Positions 49,155 through 61,729 of a DNA stretch of 64,000 nt are shown here, piece after piece (position 1 is the first letter of the stretch; each line of letters begins with the position of its first letter). The notes beneath the pieces were generated by a model. That model saw only the letters and a list, made by a program, of their open reading frames with translations. It searched no databases and was not told the DNA's origin. The stretch is from Lama guanicoe. Taxonomy: Eukaryota. The stretch spans positions 2,338,866 through 2,402,865 of the forward strand of contig MU053379.1 of the NCBI GenBank assembly GCA_013239625.1. Reading direction: 5' to 3'. The position numbers and the translations under genes were made by a program.

Positions 49155-49879
49155 GCATGACCACACTTTTAAAAGACGTTTAAGGTCCCCTGCTTCATCA
49201 CATCCCAGATTTGCTCTCTGCCTGCACTGTGCGCTGACATCCTTGGTGTCTGAATGCGTACTTTCCCACCATCCGAAGGGCTTCTCAGTGGCTGTTCCCT
49301 TGTTTGCAGCTGGGTCGCTGAATTAAGTTAGTGAAATGAAGTCCTAAAACAATTGCAAGAGTTGATGAACAGATTACATATGTTCAGCAGCCAGATGGGC
49401 AAGATGCTGGAGGGACTGACATGCAGAAGAACTGGTCGTGTCCTCGGGGCTCTCAGGTCCCTAACATCTTGCTCCACAGGTCGGCCGAGGAGTTTCTTAA
49501 AACACAGAGTCTCAGGCCCTACCCCAGCCCTGGGAATCAGGGCCGTGCTTGACAGGGTCCCCAGCCGGTGTGTGCACATCCCAGCTTGGGAAACCTCAGT
49601 CCAGCGGATATTGTGTTAGTCTTATTCCTAATAATGAAGAGGGCTGTAAACCTCTTTTTGAGACTCGTCCTGTTTGTGTAGAGGACAGACAAGGCCAAGC
49701 CAGCACTGCAATGCTGGCCCCAGTCTGGTCCCCTAACCCAAGCAGAGTGGCAAGAGTAGTCCCAGGCCCCTGTCCGTCCAGTCCCCTGGGAACACCAGGG
49801 GGCGGCCGAGGCACTTGGCTGTCTCAGGTGGAGGAGATAGTCTGAGAGGCCTTGCTCTGAATCTGTAGCACAAAGGAAA

Positions 49880-50230
49880 ACCCTGGCCGGGTTCCCCAGG
49901 AGCAGATTCAGGGGCAGGATGTGAAGGCCAGCTGTCTGTTTGGGAGGTGATCCTGGGAAGCTCAGGCAGGGGAGTGGGGAGGGGACACAGAGAGGGAGGA
50001 CGGCCACCTGGGCTGGGTCCGCTGGGGGCCTCAGGGAGGCCGTGTGTTGAGTGTCGGGGTCAGCCCTCCAAGGTGGGGGGAGCTGGGGTATTTATACACC
50101 CAGTCCCCTCCAGCTGCCACCCACAGAGCATCTGCAGCCTCGGGCAGAAGCTCCCAGGTGCTCAGAGTAGAACTCCATCTGAGCCTATGGAGCAGTGACC
50201 CTGGGAGCTCGGGTGGGGCACTACCTGTAC
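49880..50230 (-). mobile_element. LTR16-like (ERVL) fragment
   Basis: gggttccccaggagcaga...tttgggaggtgatcctgggaagc...ggagctggggtatttatacacc. Confidence 0.65.
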
Positions 50231-51849
50231 CTGCTCCGTGGATCCCACCTGGAGTTCTGAGCTGAGGCTGCCCTGGCAGACACATCTCCAGTCCCCGAGG
50301 AGGAACAAACCCTTTGCGCTTCAGGAAGTTTCAAAGCCTCGGTGATTCATCCCCTGCCAGTTACTAATCATCTTCACAAGACTGAAAATGACCAAACTTT
50401 ACATGTTCTTCAAATCCAAATTCCCTTTTCATAATCCCTGTGCCTCTTCCTTCCCTAAATTAAATATATGTGCTCAGAGGGCATTACCATAGTCAATTTA
50501 CAGAAAAAGGATTGTTAATGATCTTTTTCACAATTTGCATCTTCATGTTGCAAGTTGTAGACTCATGGCTCCCCTCCAGCTGCCCTCCCTGTGAATCCTT
50601 ACTCCATTCAGTTCTGGGTGGTTTTTTTTTTTTAATTAAAATTGAAATTACAGATACAGCAATTACTATTCCAAGGGGCCATGTCAGCATCGCCTAAAGT
50701 CAGCATTTCCTTAAGAGTTTCTGCAGAACGCTGCTCCCCAGAGAGCCGAGAGCATCCTCAACAGAGTCTGAAGGTTAGAGGGCTGGGGCATCCCGCGCAG
50801 ACTGCTCTCTTCCTGGGGACCCACACTCACACCAGCGTCCTAGAAGGCCCTGGAGGGCCCACGTGACCTTGCTTAATCAAAGGTTTACCCCAGTGTCATT
50901 GGCTGTCTCCAGTGTGACTGGAGCGGAAACCCTTTTTTGGAAATCACGCCTGGTCACATCTCACACTGCTGGTGTTGGGGTGCAAACCACTTGAGGTAAT
51001 GCTGCTTTTAACACACACCCCAGCTCTGTCGTGCATTTGAAATTAGTAAGCACGGAGGTGGGCTGAGTAGAGGCATTGGGAGCAGGAGAATTGCAGCTTG
51101 GCGTTTGCACTGTCTTTTGTAACCAGAGAAAAAAAGAGAGAGAAAGAGAACTTGTGTGTAACTGATGTTCTGGAATGAGGGAGGACGTGGATTCCGCACT
51201 GAAGTAGAGCCCTGGCGTGTAACTGAATAGGTTTTTCAAAAAAAAGGTGGGCTGGGACATTGCAAATCAACTACACTTTAATGAAAAATAAAATAGGGAA
51301 AAAAGAAAGACGGGCTGCAGAGGCGAGGCACAGCTCGGAGCGTCAGCCTGGAGGGAGCAGAATTAAGTGGCTCAGGCCACGGTCATGGGCAGAGCGTCCC
51401 ACTCCCTCAGTTTTATCAAGGCCTGCCCCGACCAAGCGGTGCGTTGTCGGCCCTTCCATCTGGCAGCTTCCGTAAGCACCGGCCAGCAGGCGGAGTGTTC
51501 CACTGCCAGGCCAGGAGCTCTGGTGAGGACCTGCCTAACTGTTAGGCTGTTAACTCCGGGCTCTATGAATTTCACTCATTGACCTATTCTTTTAGTTCTA
51601 TTTTTCCCAAAGAAAAAAGCTATTTTTAAAAAAAAGGCTATTGCAAAAATAAATTTTTTTAATGTAAAGAAGAAAGAGAATATCACCTATATTGTACCAT
51701 CTTCAGTTGTCCTGCCTGGAAAGGAGCCCCAGGAGTATCTTGATGCTGCCGAACCCAGAATTGTCCTTTCTCTGTCTATAATTCTGTTACGTTGCTTAAA
51801 CCCATAGATAAATATATCACGGAAGGGGGCTCAGAGAATACATATGACT

Positions 51850-52170
51850 TTTTTCCCCACTTAAGAATAGATCTCTGTATCGATATATTGATATTTTCTA
51901 CATATCAATAAATATATAACCGAATCACCATGTTATTGGCTGTATAGTATTCCAGTATCCTGCTGTACTACACTTCTAACGTGCCCACTGTTATTAGACA
52001 TCTAGTCCATTTTCTTTTGTTCATTATTGTAAATGATGCTCCCAAGAACCTCCTTTTGCATCTATCTGATTATTTCTCTGGGTCATTTACAAGAATTAGA
52101 AGTTCTGGATTCAGTGGTTTGCATACTGAAGTGGCTGATGTATACTTTCAAATTGACTTCCAGAAAGGGT
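51850..52170 (-). mobile_element. Old L1ME fragment
   Basis: ggctgtatagtattcc...tagacatctag...ttgtaaatgatgct...ttcaaattgacttccagaaagg. Confidence 0.6.
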
Positions 52171-53494
52171 GAGTCAATATTTTCTCTCTGAGGCTTGTAG
52201 GAAGCCCAGTGCAGGCAGCTGCTCAGTAGGAAGCTGGAGGTGGTAAAAGGGAAGTGGGTTTGATGAACATGTTCATGCCACCGCATTCCAAAAAGGCAAA
52301 GAGGGACAGCTGGCTGTCACCAAAAGGGTGAAACAGAAGCTAGGGTCAGAAATCCATTGATGTATTTAATGCGTGAGGAACCTGAAGTCCAGAGAGGTTA
52401 TGTAGCACTCCCACGCACTCACCCACCCACCCACGTACACACACAAGGACAAGGACCCACGGTGGTCAAGTCTTAGAACGGATAGCCCTAAACTTCAAGA
52501 AGGGACAAGCATAATTCTCATACAAATACACAGGGAGTGTGCCTCAAAGATGGACTTGAGTCATTAAGGAGAAAGTCAACAGGATATCAAAGGCCATCAC
52601 CGATGGCAGAGACTGGTAAATAGTGGGCAAAAGGATTCTGTCTTGAACCAGTTAATACCCACTGTCAGCCAGCTTTGTGTATCTCGCTTTGCAAGGCTAG
52701 AAGTAGACTGGATATTGCTTATAGTCAACACATTTGTTGAACTTCTAACGCTGCAGTTTTATGTAACACAAAACCTAACACACAAAACTGGCCAAAAATG
52801 TACAGGCCAAAAAACCAAAACCTTTGGGGTCATCCTTTCTACCAAACAGAAGTCATTCACAACTCCTCAATCTGCCGTAAGTCCTGCATCTGACTTTGCA
52901 GAGTCTGAGCTGGGAGCTGACTTTACCGAGCCTGAGCTCATCGAAAGAACAGAGTCAAACAGAGTGACATTGCAGGCGACCCTTAGGCAGGCTTGTAAGA
53001 TGGTGCCCAACTATAACTTTGAAGGAAACCTCTTTTGCTTCAAGTTTTGCCTAGTTTTCTTAACTGTAGGAACAACTTTTGTGGCTGAACCAGTGAGCGA
53101 GTGGACCAGGCTGATCTTAGTGGGATTCGTCTGAAGGCTCGAAAGCCCAAAGCTCAAAACTGAAACTGCATTGGGTTTTAGTTTTCGTTTCCCTTGAGAA
53201 CGGGCTCCTGGCTTCGTGTGTCCCAGGGACCTGGGCTGAGGAATCTGCTCTTGCCAGGCTTGCAGCTGCCATCGTTGGCACAGCTTCTCCCAGGAGCCTG
53301 TCACCCCTGGAGGGGGCGCCAGGTGGGGCCCAGGAGGCTGGAAGGCCAGCTGGTCATCTGGCAGCCCTCGTTCTGTACGTTCCAGGATGCTAGTCCCCAC
53401 GCAACATGTTTGTTACCAACACAAAATAAGCCACTGACAGTCAACCAGCACGACCTCAGGCCTCTTTAACTTGAGATCCTTGAAGACACAGACA

Positions 53495-53665
53495 GTGCAT
53501 TTCAATTCTAAGATATACTGATTTTCCAAATTTCCCATCTCCGAAATTACTTGTATCCTATAGTCAGTGGTGTGTTATAATTGGCAGTTCTTTTTTCTTG
53601 ATGGGATTTAAAATAAGAGCGTGTCTTAATAACTGATACTGTCTGAAGTTTGCTGGCGCACATTG
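53495..53665. mobile_element. MER104-like Tc2 MITE
   Basis: attctaagat...catctccgaaat...aattggcag...taaaataagagcgtgtctta. Confidence 0.55.
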
Positions 53666-53734
53666 TGATGTTTTCTTCCCTGTAGTTGACTTTGAGTCTG
53701 ATGCTTAATAAGTAATCTACGTGCATTTCTTTTT

Positions 53735-54225
53735 TCCTTATTTTCCTCCAGTTTTATTGAGTGATAGTTGACATCCAGCACTGTATGAGTTTAAGGTGTA
53801 CAGGATAATTATTTGACCTGCAAACATCATGAAGCGATGACCACAGTATGTTTGGTGAACATCCATCTCATATAGATACAAAACAAAGAAAAAGAAAAAA
53901 GATTTTCTTTCCTTGTGATGAGAACCCTTAGGGTTGAGACAGCTTTCACACGTAACGTGAGCAGCGTTCACTATATTAGTCATGCTGTGCATGCCATCCC
54001 CGGTCCTTGCTTATCTTACGACCAGAAGTTTGTGCCTTTTGACCGCCTTCCTCCAGCTCTCCCTGCTGCCACCCCACCCCCTGCAGCTGATCACCACGAA
54101 CCTGCTTTCTTTTCCTGTGAGTGCTGTTTTGGAAGTGTAGCTGATCTGCAACACTGTTAGTTTCTGGTGCACAACATAGTGATTCCATATTTCTGTTTGT
54201 TACAAAATGATCAGCACTGTAAATA
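53735..54225 (-). mobile_element. L1MA-type 3' UTR fragment(s)
   Basis: ccagttttattgagtgatagttgaca...tttaaggtgtaca...gatgagaaccctta...tctggtgcacaacatagtgattc. Confidence 0.75.
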
Positions 54226-56037
54226 TCTCATAAAAATCTTTTCTTTTTAAACGCAAAGTCAAAAAAAAAAGCAAAAATACAAAGTCAAACTTCAGACATG
54301 AACGCTGAAGCCAGGGCTGTAGAAAACATTGGTGCCAACTCTGAGAGAGAGCTTTGTTCTTCACGATGCTCCCACTGGTTAGCTTGTGACTTAGCCTTAG
54401 AACTCAAAGCCGTGAGCAGTAGTGTGGTGCTGTCTGTGACTTCGGGGGTCCTTGCAGAATCTAACACAATACGGGCCTCAGGCAACCGACGGGGTAAGCC
54501 CGGACCTCAGCAGAGTGACAGTTTCACCATTTACCGCTTTGGCTGCTTCCACATTTTATATATTGAACTACAGACGCTGTATGTATCTTAAAAAAAAAAT
54601 CTTCCCCAAGGGTACTCTAACTTTAAAGTTATATCAGTGTTTGCTGTGGAGGATCACTTCAAATAGAGAAAACTAGCCAGCAGCTGGGCCGGGTGTCCCG
54701 GAGTTGTCTGAGTCCTTGGCGTCTGTGTCAGCAGGGCTCCCGCCCTCCGCAGCCTGCCCGGGTGTGGTGTGGAACGTCTGGCAGGACAGAGCCAGCCTGG
54801 GTCTCGCTTGCGGCTGGGTAGGAGCAGTTTACAGTTCAGTCACAGGAGGTGCTGTGTTTTAAAGCCAGCGGCTTCTGCTCAGCGAGACCCCAAGCACGGG
54901 TCAGGAGAGAACCCAGCATCTTGCAAGAACAGCCACGCTGGTGGGGTTTTTGGTGGCAAATAATTGAAAACTCTGGCGTGGTACCTTTTTAGTGGCCACC
55001 ACAAGGTCCCCCACTTCCCCGTGGTGTCCAGCTGAGGATCTAATGGCCTGGCTGGAGCCCTGCCCTCTCCCTGCCCTGATTTACCCCTGCCCATCCACCC
55101 CGCTCACCCCTCCACCTCGCCCTAGAAGGAAATGAACAGAGAAGTTACCAAGAGGTGGGCAAAGAGGGGCGGGCACTCATTCCTTCAGCAGCTCGTGTGC
55201 CCAGGACTGTCCTGAGCTCAGGGGTCACCACAGTGACCGGAAGGCCACCATTCCTGCTCAGCGGAATTTACATTCAGGTGGGGGCCATTTGGGAGTGCCT
55301 CCGGCTCCAGGAGGGTCCCAGAGGCGGGGCCACCAACCTCAAGTGGTGAAGTGGGGGTGCCAAGTGGGAAAGTTGGGGGCATCCTCGGTCAGTGTCTCTG
55401 GAAACGGGCACACAGCTAAAGATACTCATGAAAGTGGCTTACCAGGAAGCGCTCCCAAGAGAAGCCCCTAGGGGAGCAGGGCAGAGGCAAGGGACCGGGT
55501 TCAAGGCAAGTCCCCTCTTGGCTCTGTCTTCAAGGACCAGAGGTGAGGGGGCTGCAGTGTTTACACGCCAGCACCTGTCAGTCAGTGGTCGGGAGCTGAC
55601 TCTGAGGGTCTGTTGGTTCTCTGTGCACCAGACCGCAGGTTCCAGCTTCCGACAAGGGACTTGGGTCTGGCTGTGTAGGGCCAGTTCCCTTTCCCTGCAG
55701 GCGCTGGGGAAGCACCTATATCTCTGGTGGAAGCACTGGTCCCAGGGGAGGGACCCCTGCAGCCTGATGTGTGCAGGGCTCTCAGATGTGAGGAAGGTCC
55801 AAGAAGCTAAAAGCTACAGAAGTCTGGTCCCTCAGCGAGGTCCCGCAGTGGGTACCAACGCCCATAAGGGGCGCTAAGGACTGACTTTTCTGGGGCTTCC
55901 CAAATTTCAAATATTTCTATCCATTTTAAGTACGTTCAGACTTGTCAGGCCCCTAACAAGCCCTGTGGAATTAAAATGCCCATGGGGACGTGGCATGTGG
56001 GGGGGTCCCTCCTGGGTATCGCACAAGAACCCCCAGC

Positions 56038-56661
56038 ACTGTGGCATCTCACTGGCTCTCCGTTTGGAATGAAAAATCCTGCTGCCTTCATCCCACTCCA
56101 CACTTGTAGCAGACCTCTCACTTTTCCGTCGCGCGTGGCCCTCTCCCCACCAGCGGGTACGAAAGCCCGCAGCACCTCCGTGGGCGCTTAAACCGCCCTG
56201 GGAAGCCGGCCTCAGGGTGTCCTCAGTTCACGGACAAGGAAATCGAAGGAGTCAGGGCATTTCCTCAGAGGCGCGCTGCCTGAATCAGCAGAGCCAAAGG
56301 AACCCCAAGCTGGGTATTTAGCCGAGATTCTGCTTTTAAATACTAAGTTATTCACTTGTGTTTGTTTCTTCTAAGTATTGCTTTTACTCCTTGGAGCTGA
56401 AAACCGAGAGTTACTCACGTCCAAACATCCGCTTACCTCGGGATGGTGTCGGGCGGGTTCTTGTTAGCTTTTTCTCTGCAGAAGCGTGTTGGAGCTGTGC
56501 TGTGTTGTTTTTTAACTCCAGAGTAGAAAGTGGAATAGAAAGATAGTGGGTGTTGCTTTTTGGTAAATAGGAAGGTTCTAATGGTGGTTATGGGGACGTT
56601 TGGGATCAGGGGGCCAAAATGGACTGTGGCATCTCATTGGCTCTCCGTTTGGAATGAAAAA
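56038..56661 (+). repeat. 39-bp direct repeat, copies at 56038-56076 and 56623-56661 (38/39 identical)
   Basis: actgtggcatctca(c/t)tggctctccgtttggaatgaaaaa occurs twice, 585 bp apart. Confidence 0.95.
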
Positions 56662-57236
56662 CTCCAGGGCGGAGTTCACGGCTGCTAGGCTGCCCTCCCC
56701 ACCCCGCCGTGGGCACAAGGGAAAAGGCAGCCTTCCAGACACACTCCTTGGCCTGCAGAAGGCACCTTGGGGCACGTGGAGCCCCGGGTCGCAGGGTGGG
56801 AACTAGCCGGGGCCCTGTCATAGCCATTTCCTCACCTCCTCGTCCTGACTTCACATCATGCTCAAAATTAAGTCCACATGGATGAAAGGCCTGCAGATCT
56901 ACAGACCCACCCCATGCAAACAAGCAGAACTGTACGGGTCACCACGTACATCACAAGCAGAGGAACCTTTATTACCCGGAGATATGGAATGTCTTTCTAG
57001 ACAAGCCTTAATCAGCAAGGACCATCATGAACTTCTGCCTTTATCAGCATTAAGAGTTTCAGAAATTTAAAAGACAGAAAAGGAGGATGAGAGAAAACCT
57101 TTTAAACATTTGAGACAATGGATTCATAGCTGCAACTTAAACAACTTAACTAAAATCAAGAAACCCCCAAATGGGGCAGCAGAGACGTTGAACAAGCAAT
57201 CCCTCAGAAGAAGAAGCACAAACAACAAAAATAGGT

Positions 57237-57750
57237 TGGGGGGAGCAAAACTCGCCACCCCAAGACACCTCTTTGGCATGCAGATTATTTGGAGCTGAAA
57301 ACAATCACCCGGAAGGCTCAGGAAGGACCTCTGACCTTCCCCCGAAACTGCGTGGGGGAGTAGGAAGGGGGCGCTGCCTCAGAGCGCTGCAGGGTGAGCC
57401 GGTGGCGGTGGACGGGAAGTCTGTTACAATCCCTCTCTGGGTCCCATTGTCTCCGCAGGGCCCAGCAAACACTTGTTTCCCTAGCATTTGCTTTTCCGTC
57501 TTCCGAGATTCGCCTTCCTCCCCTTTGAAGCCCGGGACCACTGCCCCCAGCATCCTGTTTTGTCTTTATCTGAAAGTGGTGTTTGAGGTGAGGGTTTTGG
57601 CATGTTATCCACTTCTCCTGGGTCTCCCATGGGTGCGTGCTACTAAACTTTTGTTTGATTTTCTCCTGGTCCTCTGTCTCCTGTCAGTTTAATTCTTAGA
57701 CCAGCCGGAAGAACCTAGAAGGGTGGAGGAAAATTTCTCCCTTCCCGACA
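57237..57750 (+). mobile_element. MER34/MER39-family ERV1 solo LTR
   Basis: gccaccccaagacacctctttggcatgcagattattttggagctgaa start; ends gaacctagaagggtggaggaaaatttctcccttcccgaca. Confidence 0.8.
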
Positions 57751-58110
57751 GATATAATCTGGGCGAAGCACATTAAGAAAACAAAAAGGCGCTTGTGCTT
57801 TTGGTCAGATAAACCAAAGCTTCAAAGTTTGATACCAGCAGACACTGGGAGGGGGGTGTTTTCAAAGGAGGCGGAGGCAGCGGGGCTGACATGGCCGCCG
57901 AGAGCGAAGCGGCACCGCCTCCTGACCTCTGACGTGCGCGGAACCCGGCGTCTCCTCTGAGGTTCCACGCAGGACACACGGCTGCTCATCACAGTGACGC
58001 CTGTGTCTGTTACCTGTGGTTTATCCAGGTAGTGGAAACACATTCCCACTTAAAACGAACCGAGGCTTCACGTATCAGCTTCAATAAATCCTGCAACATC
58101 TCCTAGGCTG

Positions 58111-58535
58111 TATGAACGAAAAACACTGCAAACCATATCAGTAAACGATGCTGAAGCCATCAAGCCATCAGCGGCTGCCGCCACCCTGCAGCCCAGCCTC
58201 TGCAGCCACTCACGGTGGTGCCCTCTGAAGAAAGGACAGGATACTAGCCCTAGACAGCTAGGTGCTTGGCAAACACATGAGTTCAGTGAGCCCAAACGTT
58301 CGCTTCCTCCCATACATAGAAAAGCGCTCAATTCTTGAACTGAGATGCCTGGTCTTCTTTAGATGGCAAGTAATCTTTTATTGTTCCAACTACCTGGTCT
58401 TTGTTGTAAAGCTCCTGTATGTCCTAGCTCCTCCCCTGCCCTCAGAGCCATCTGAGAGGCTGTCATCCCGGCTCGAGCCCTCCCGCCGAATAAAACAGCT
58501 CTCAGCTTTGAGGCTGCGCGTTATTTCAGTGGGCA
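58111..58535 (+). mobile_element. ERV1-class solo LTR (cetartiodactyl type) within old L1M debris
   Basis: AATAAA near the 3' end, ends in CA; perfect 4-bp TSD gctg at 58107-58110 and 58536-58539. Confidence 0.75.
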
Positions 58536-58861
58536 GCTGGCATGAGTATAAGCAAGCCGCAGGACAGCGTATCGGTATGAGTCCACTGGGCGGGAAAGGC
58601 ACACCGTGGTCACGTTCAAGAATGATACACACAATACAGTTTTGTGTTTTGTTAGCAGGCAAAATTCTGGGGTGGCGTGAATGCTGTGGGGTCATTCTGA
58701 GTATTTTGTTTTCTGATTTTACCATTATTACATGGTATTTGTAATACATGGTTTTTAATTTGGGAAAAACGATGCATGCAAAACTGGTAATAGTGGTTAC
58801 CTCTAAGCAGGTGGGATTATGGCTGGTGGTCAAGGGAGTTTTAACTACGATAATCGATGTT

Positions 58862-59005
58862 TGTTTGGTTTGGTTTTTTTGGGGGGCGGGGGGGAGTGAC
58901 TAGGTCTATTTATTTATTTATTTTTAGAGGAGGTGCTGGGGATTGAACCCGGGTCCTCAGGCACGCTAAGTGCACTCTCCACTGCTGGAGCTACATCCTC
59001 CCCCC
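58862..59005 (-). mobile_element. tRNA-derived camelid-type SINE
   Basis: gaggtgctggggattgaacccggg...gagctacatcctcccc; TSD cgataatcgatgtt / cgatgactgatgtt. Confidence 0.88.
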
Positions 59006-61729
59006 GATGACTGATGTTCTTCAGTGGGAATGTATTCATGTACTATGTTTGTAATTATAATTAAATTTCAAAAATATAAATGCAGACACCCTCGGGAGAC
59101 ATAACACACACAGTCTAAAAACAAAGAAGGCGGCAGGATTGGGAGATGTTCCAGCATCATTCCCCCGCTCTCCTCTGCAGGCGAAGGGAAGAAGCCTGCG
59201 TTACTTTTTGCCTCCATGGTGATGCGTCCTGGGGGCAAAGATCCTTTGAAAGCTTGTACGAAGCCGTAATTTCCCAAACCGCTGTAGGAATGCCCTAACA
59301 CCAGGTCTGCCCGCCAGACCAGGAGGCTTCTCCTGCTCAGCAGAAGCAGGCAGGAAAGACTGATCTGGGTCAGTGGTTTTTCCTGACCTGGAGGTAGATC
59401 TAATCCCACAGAGCCGATGAGATTGTAAAGGCCCTTCAGGTGCCAAGGCCAGGGTGATGCACTTGGGCAGCAGAAATTCCGCAGCGAGAGCCCTTGACTT
59501 TTCCCACACCCTGGGTCTCAGGTCTTCCTTCATCTGTCAGCAGCACATCCTTTTCAGAGCCGCTGATAACATTCCTGAGTCCGACCTGGAATGTGAAGGG
59601 CGCTGTATCAGAACTTGCTCCATAAACACTTTCTCTGTTTATTTTTACTTGACCTTCAAAGGGATGTTTCTCCTTTTATCTAACCCTAAAGGAAAGAAAA
59701 CAGGATTTGGAGTCCCTTCCCTGTGGCCTCCCTCCAGCCTGCCCAGCTCGCTGCACGGCAGACAACAGCTTCTCTCCCCTCGGGGAAAGTGGGCCCTCGG
59801 AGGGCAGATCTGGAGATGAGCGGCCTCTGGGCAGGCCGGTGGGAGGAGGTGGAGTCCAAGGACTCTGCCTTCTGAAGACCCGGTCTGCGCCGGAGACGAC
59901 AGGGACTCTCTGCAGGCGGAGAGGCCTGCGAGTCCGTCTGAAATGTCTTTCCGCTTCATCAGCTCTCTGCTTCACAGCAGATCAGCATTAATATAAAGAG
60001 AGAATTGAACGAGGAGGAGAATTCGGGAGCATTTAGGTGCGCACTGCAAAGTGTTTTAGTCCCCTCGCCCTGTTTAGTCATCCAGCCCCTCCCCCGGCAT
60101 CAGCCAAGGGTGAGTAGGCCCAGGCGAGTTCAGGACTCCGCTGACAGGGGGCCGAGACGGGGTCTGAAGGCGGCTCTTTCTGAGCCCGTGCTGGCCGGCT
60201 CACCACCACTCTGTGCTGCCAGACCACCGGGTAACTGAGGCAGGCTGGCCGCCTCCCAGGGGTACCAGCCTGCTGCTTGAACGGTGGCCCCGAAAGTGTG
60301 GTTCCCGCTGATGGGAGGTTACCCAGGATGCTTTCAGAAAGCTGCAAACCGGTGTGGCCCCCGAGCCAGCCTGGAGCCTGACAGGTCCAGCCTTGCCTGG
60401 GCTGAGCCCTGGGTGTGACATCAAATGGTGGGAAACAACCTGGGACTTCCCGAATCTTCCCCTGCCCTTGGGCTGGCTGCCAGCTAGCGCGAGCATCACC
60501 CCAGTGGGCACTTCCTGCGCTTGGTTTTGGAGCCCTAGGGCACTGGGTTTCTGAGTAGAAAGAGACAGAGACCCAAAGACCCAGCCCCTGGCCGGCCTCT
60601 CCCCTGTGTGCTGGTCACCAGGGCGCCCCCTCCCCGGCCCTGTCCCCCTGTAGCAACTGCACAAGTGCCCATCCTGCCAGCAGCCCTCTCTCCCTGCTTC
60701 AGAAGGTTGCACACCACCCTGACAAACACAGCCGTGTCCTGGCTTTATCAGGGCCCTGACCTTGTCACTGCTTGTGGAGTTTCTTGGAGAGGACACGGAA
60801 GCTGTGTTTGGGGTATCAGAATTCCTGTCTCACCAGCTCAGGGCCCTGGGCCCTGGTGCCCCATCTCATGCACCGACTCACCGAATAACAGCCGCTCGGC
60901 TCTGTGCCACCTCCCAGGTGTTCACGCCGGTCCCTGTCCCGGGCAGCCAGGCGGGGCTGTGAGAAGCCGGGCTGGCCCACCAGCTTGGCAGCTGCGTAGG
61001 CAGCCCCTTCCCCTGTAGGAATTCTGGACGGGGAGCCGGCTGTGCTGGGGTCTCAGGCTGTGTAAGTGGATTTGGAGAACCTTCGGTTAAGCCGCATGAA
61101 CTTTGATGAAGCCTTACATTGAGATCGCCATTGGCTTTAACGTGGGAAAAGGTTGAAACTTAGGGTAAAACTGGTCCCTGTTGGTGGGTGGTAAGTTCTC
61201 TCTGTTGACCCTCAAAGAATGAAATCTGGAAGAGAGGAGAGTGTAAGGGATGAGGTCAAACGGCTCCAGGAATTAACACCAAACACACCTGGGTCTGGGG
61301 ACCCTGGGGGAGCGGCTCAAATCCTGTCTGTGAGGCCTGGGCTGACCTCAGGGAGGAGCAGGTAACTGGCTGTTGGGGGAGCCTGTGGGGCAGGTAAACA
61401 GATCATTCAGAGCCCAGCCCGGCCTGGCTCTGGAACGCTACCCCTGGGCCACTTGTCAGATGGAGGTGTCAGGGCAGAAAGGGGGGGAGGGGGCTGAAGA
61501 CCCCCCCATGCGGCGGAAAGAGTCTCATTGCCTCTGTCCCCGTCCTCCTGCAGGTCTTGGGGTCTCTGTGCCTCCCTTCTGCTCTGCAGGTAAGTGGTGA
61601 TCCCCTCAATCTGAGTGAGAACCGTAGTGTGGAGCGTGCCTTTCGGGAGGAAGCAGTTGGGCTGGAGGGGGCCAGCTGCCTCCTCTAGGGAAAGGCACTG
61701 GGGATTTCTGCATTCAGGTCGCCTCTTTT

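Noticed and set aside
56038..56661. CRISPR-like array or CENP-B box (the reverse strand reads TTTCATTCCAAACGGAG)
   Set aside because: Only two copies 585 bp apart in mammalian DNA with no cas genes. The CENP-B resemblance fails at two essential positions (TTCA for TTCG, CGGA for CGGG) and there is no satellite context.
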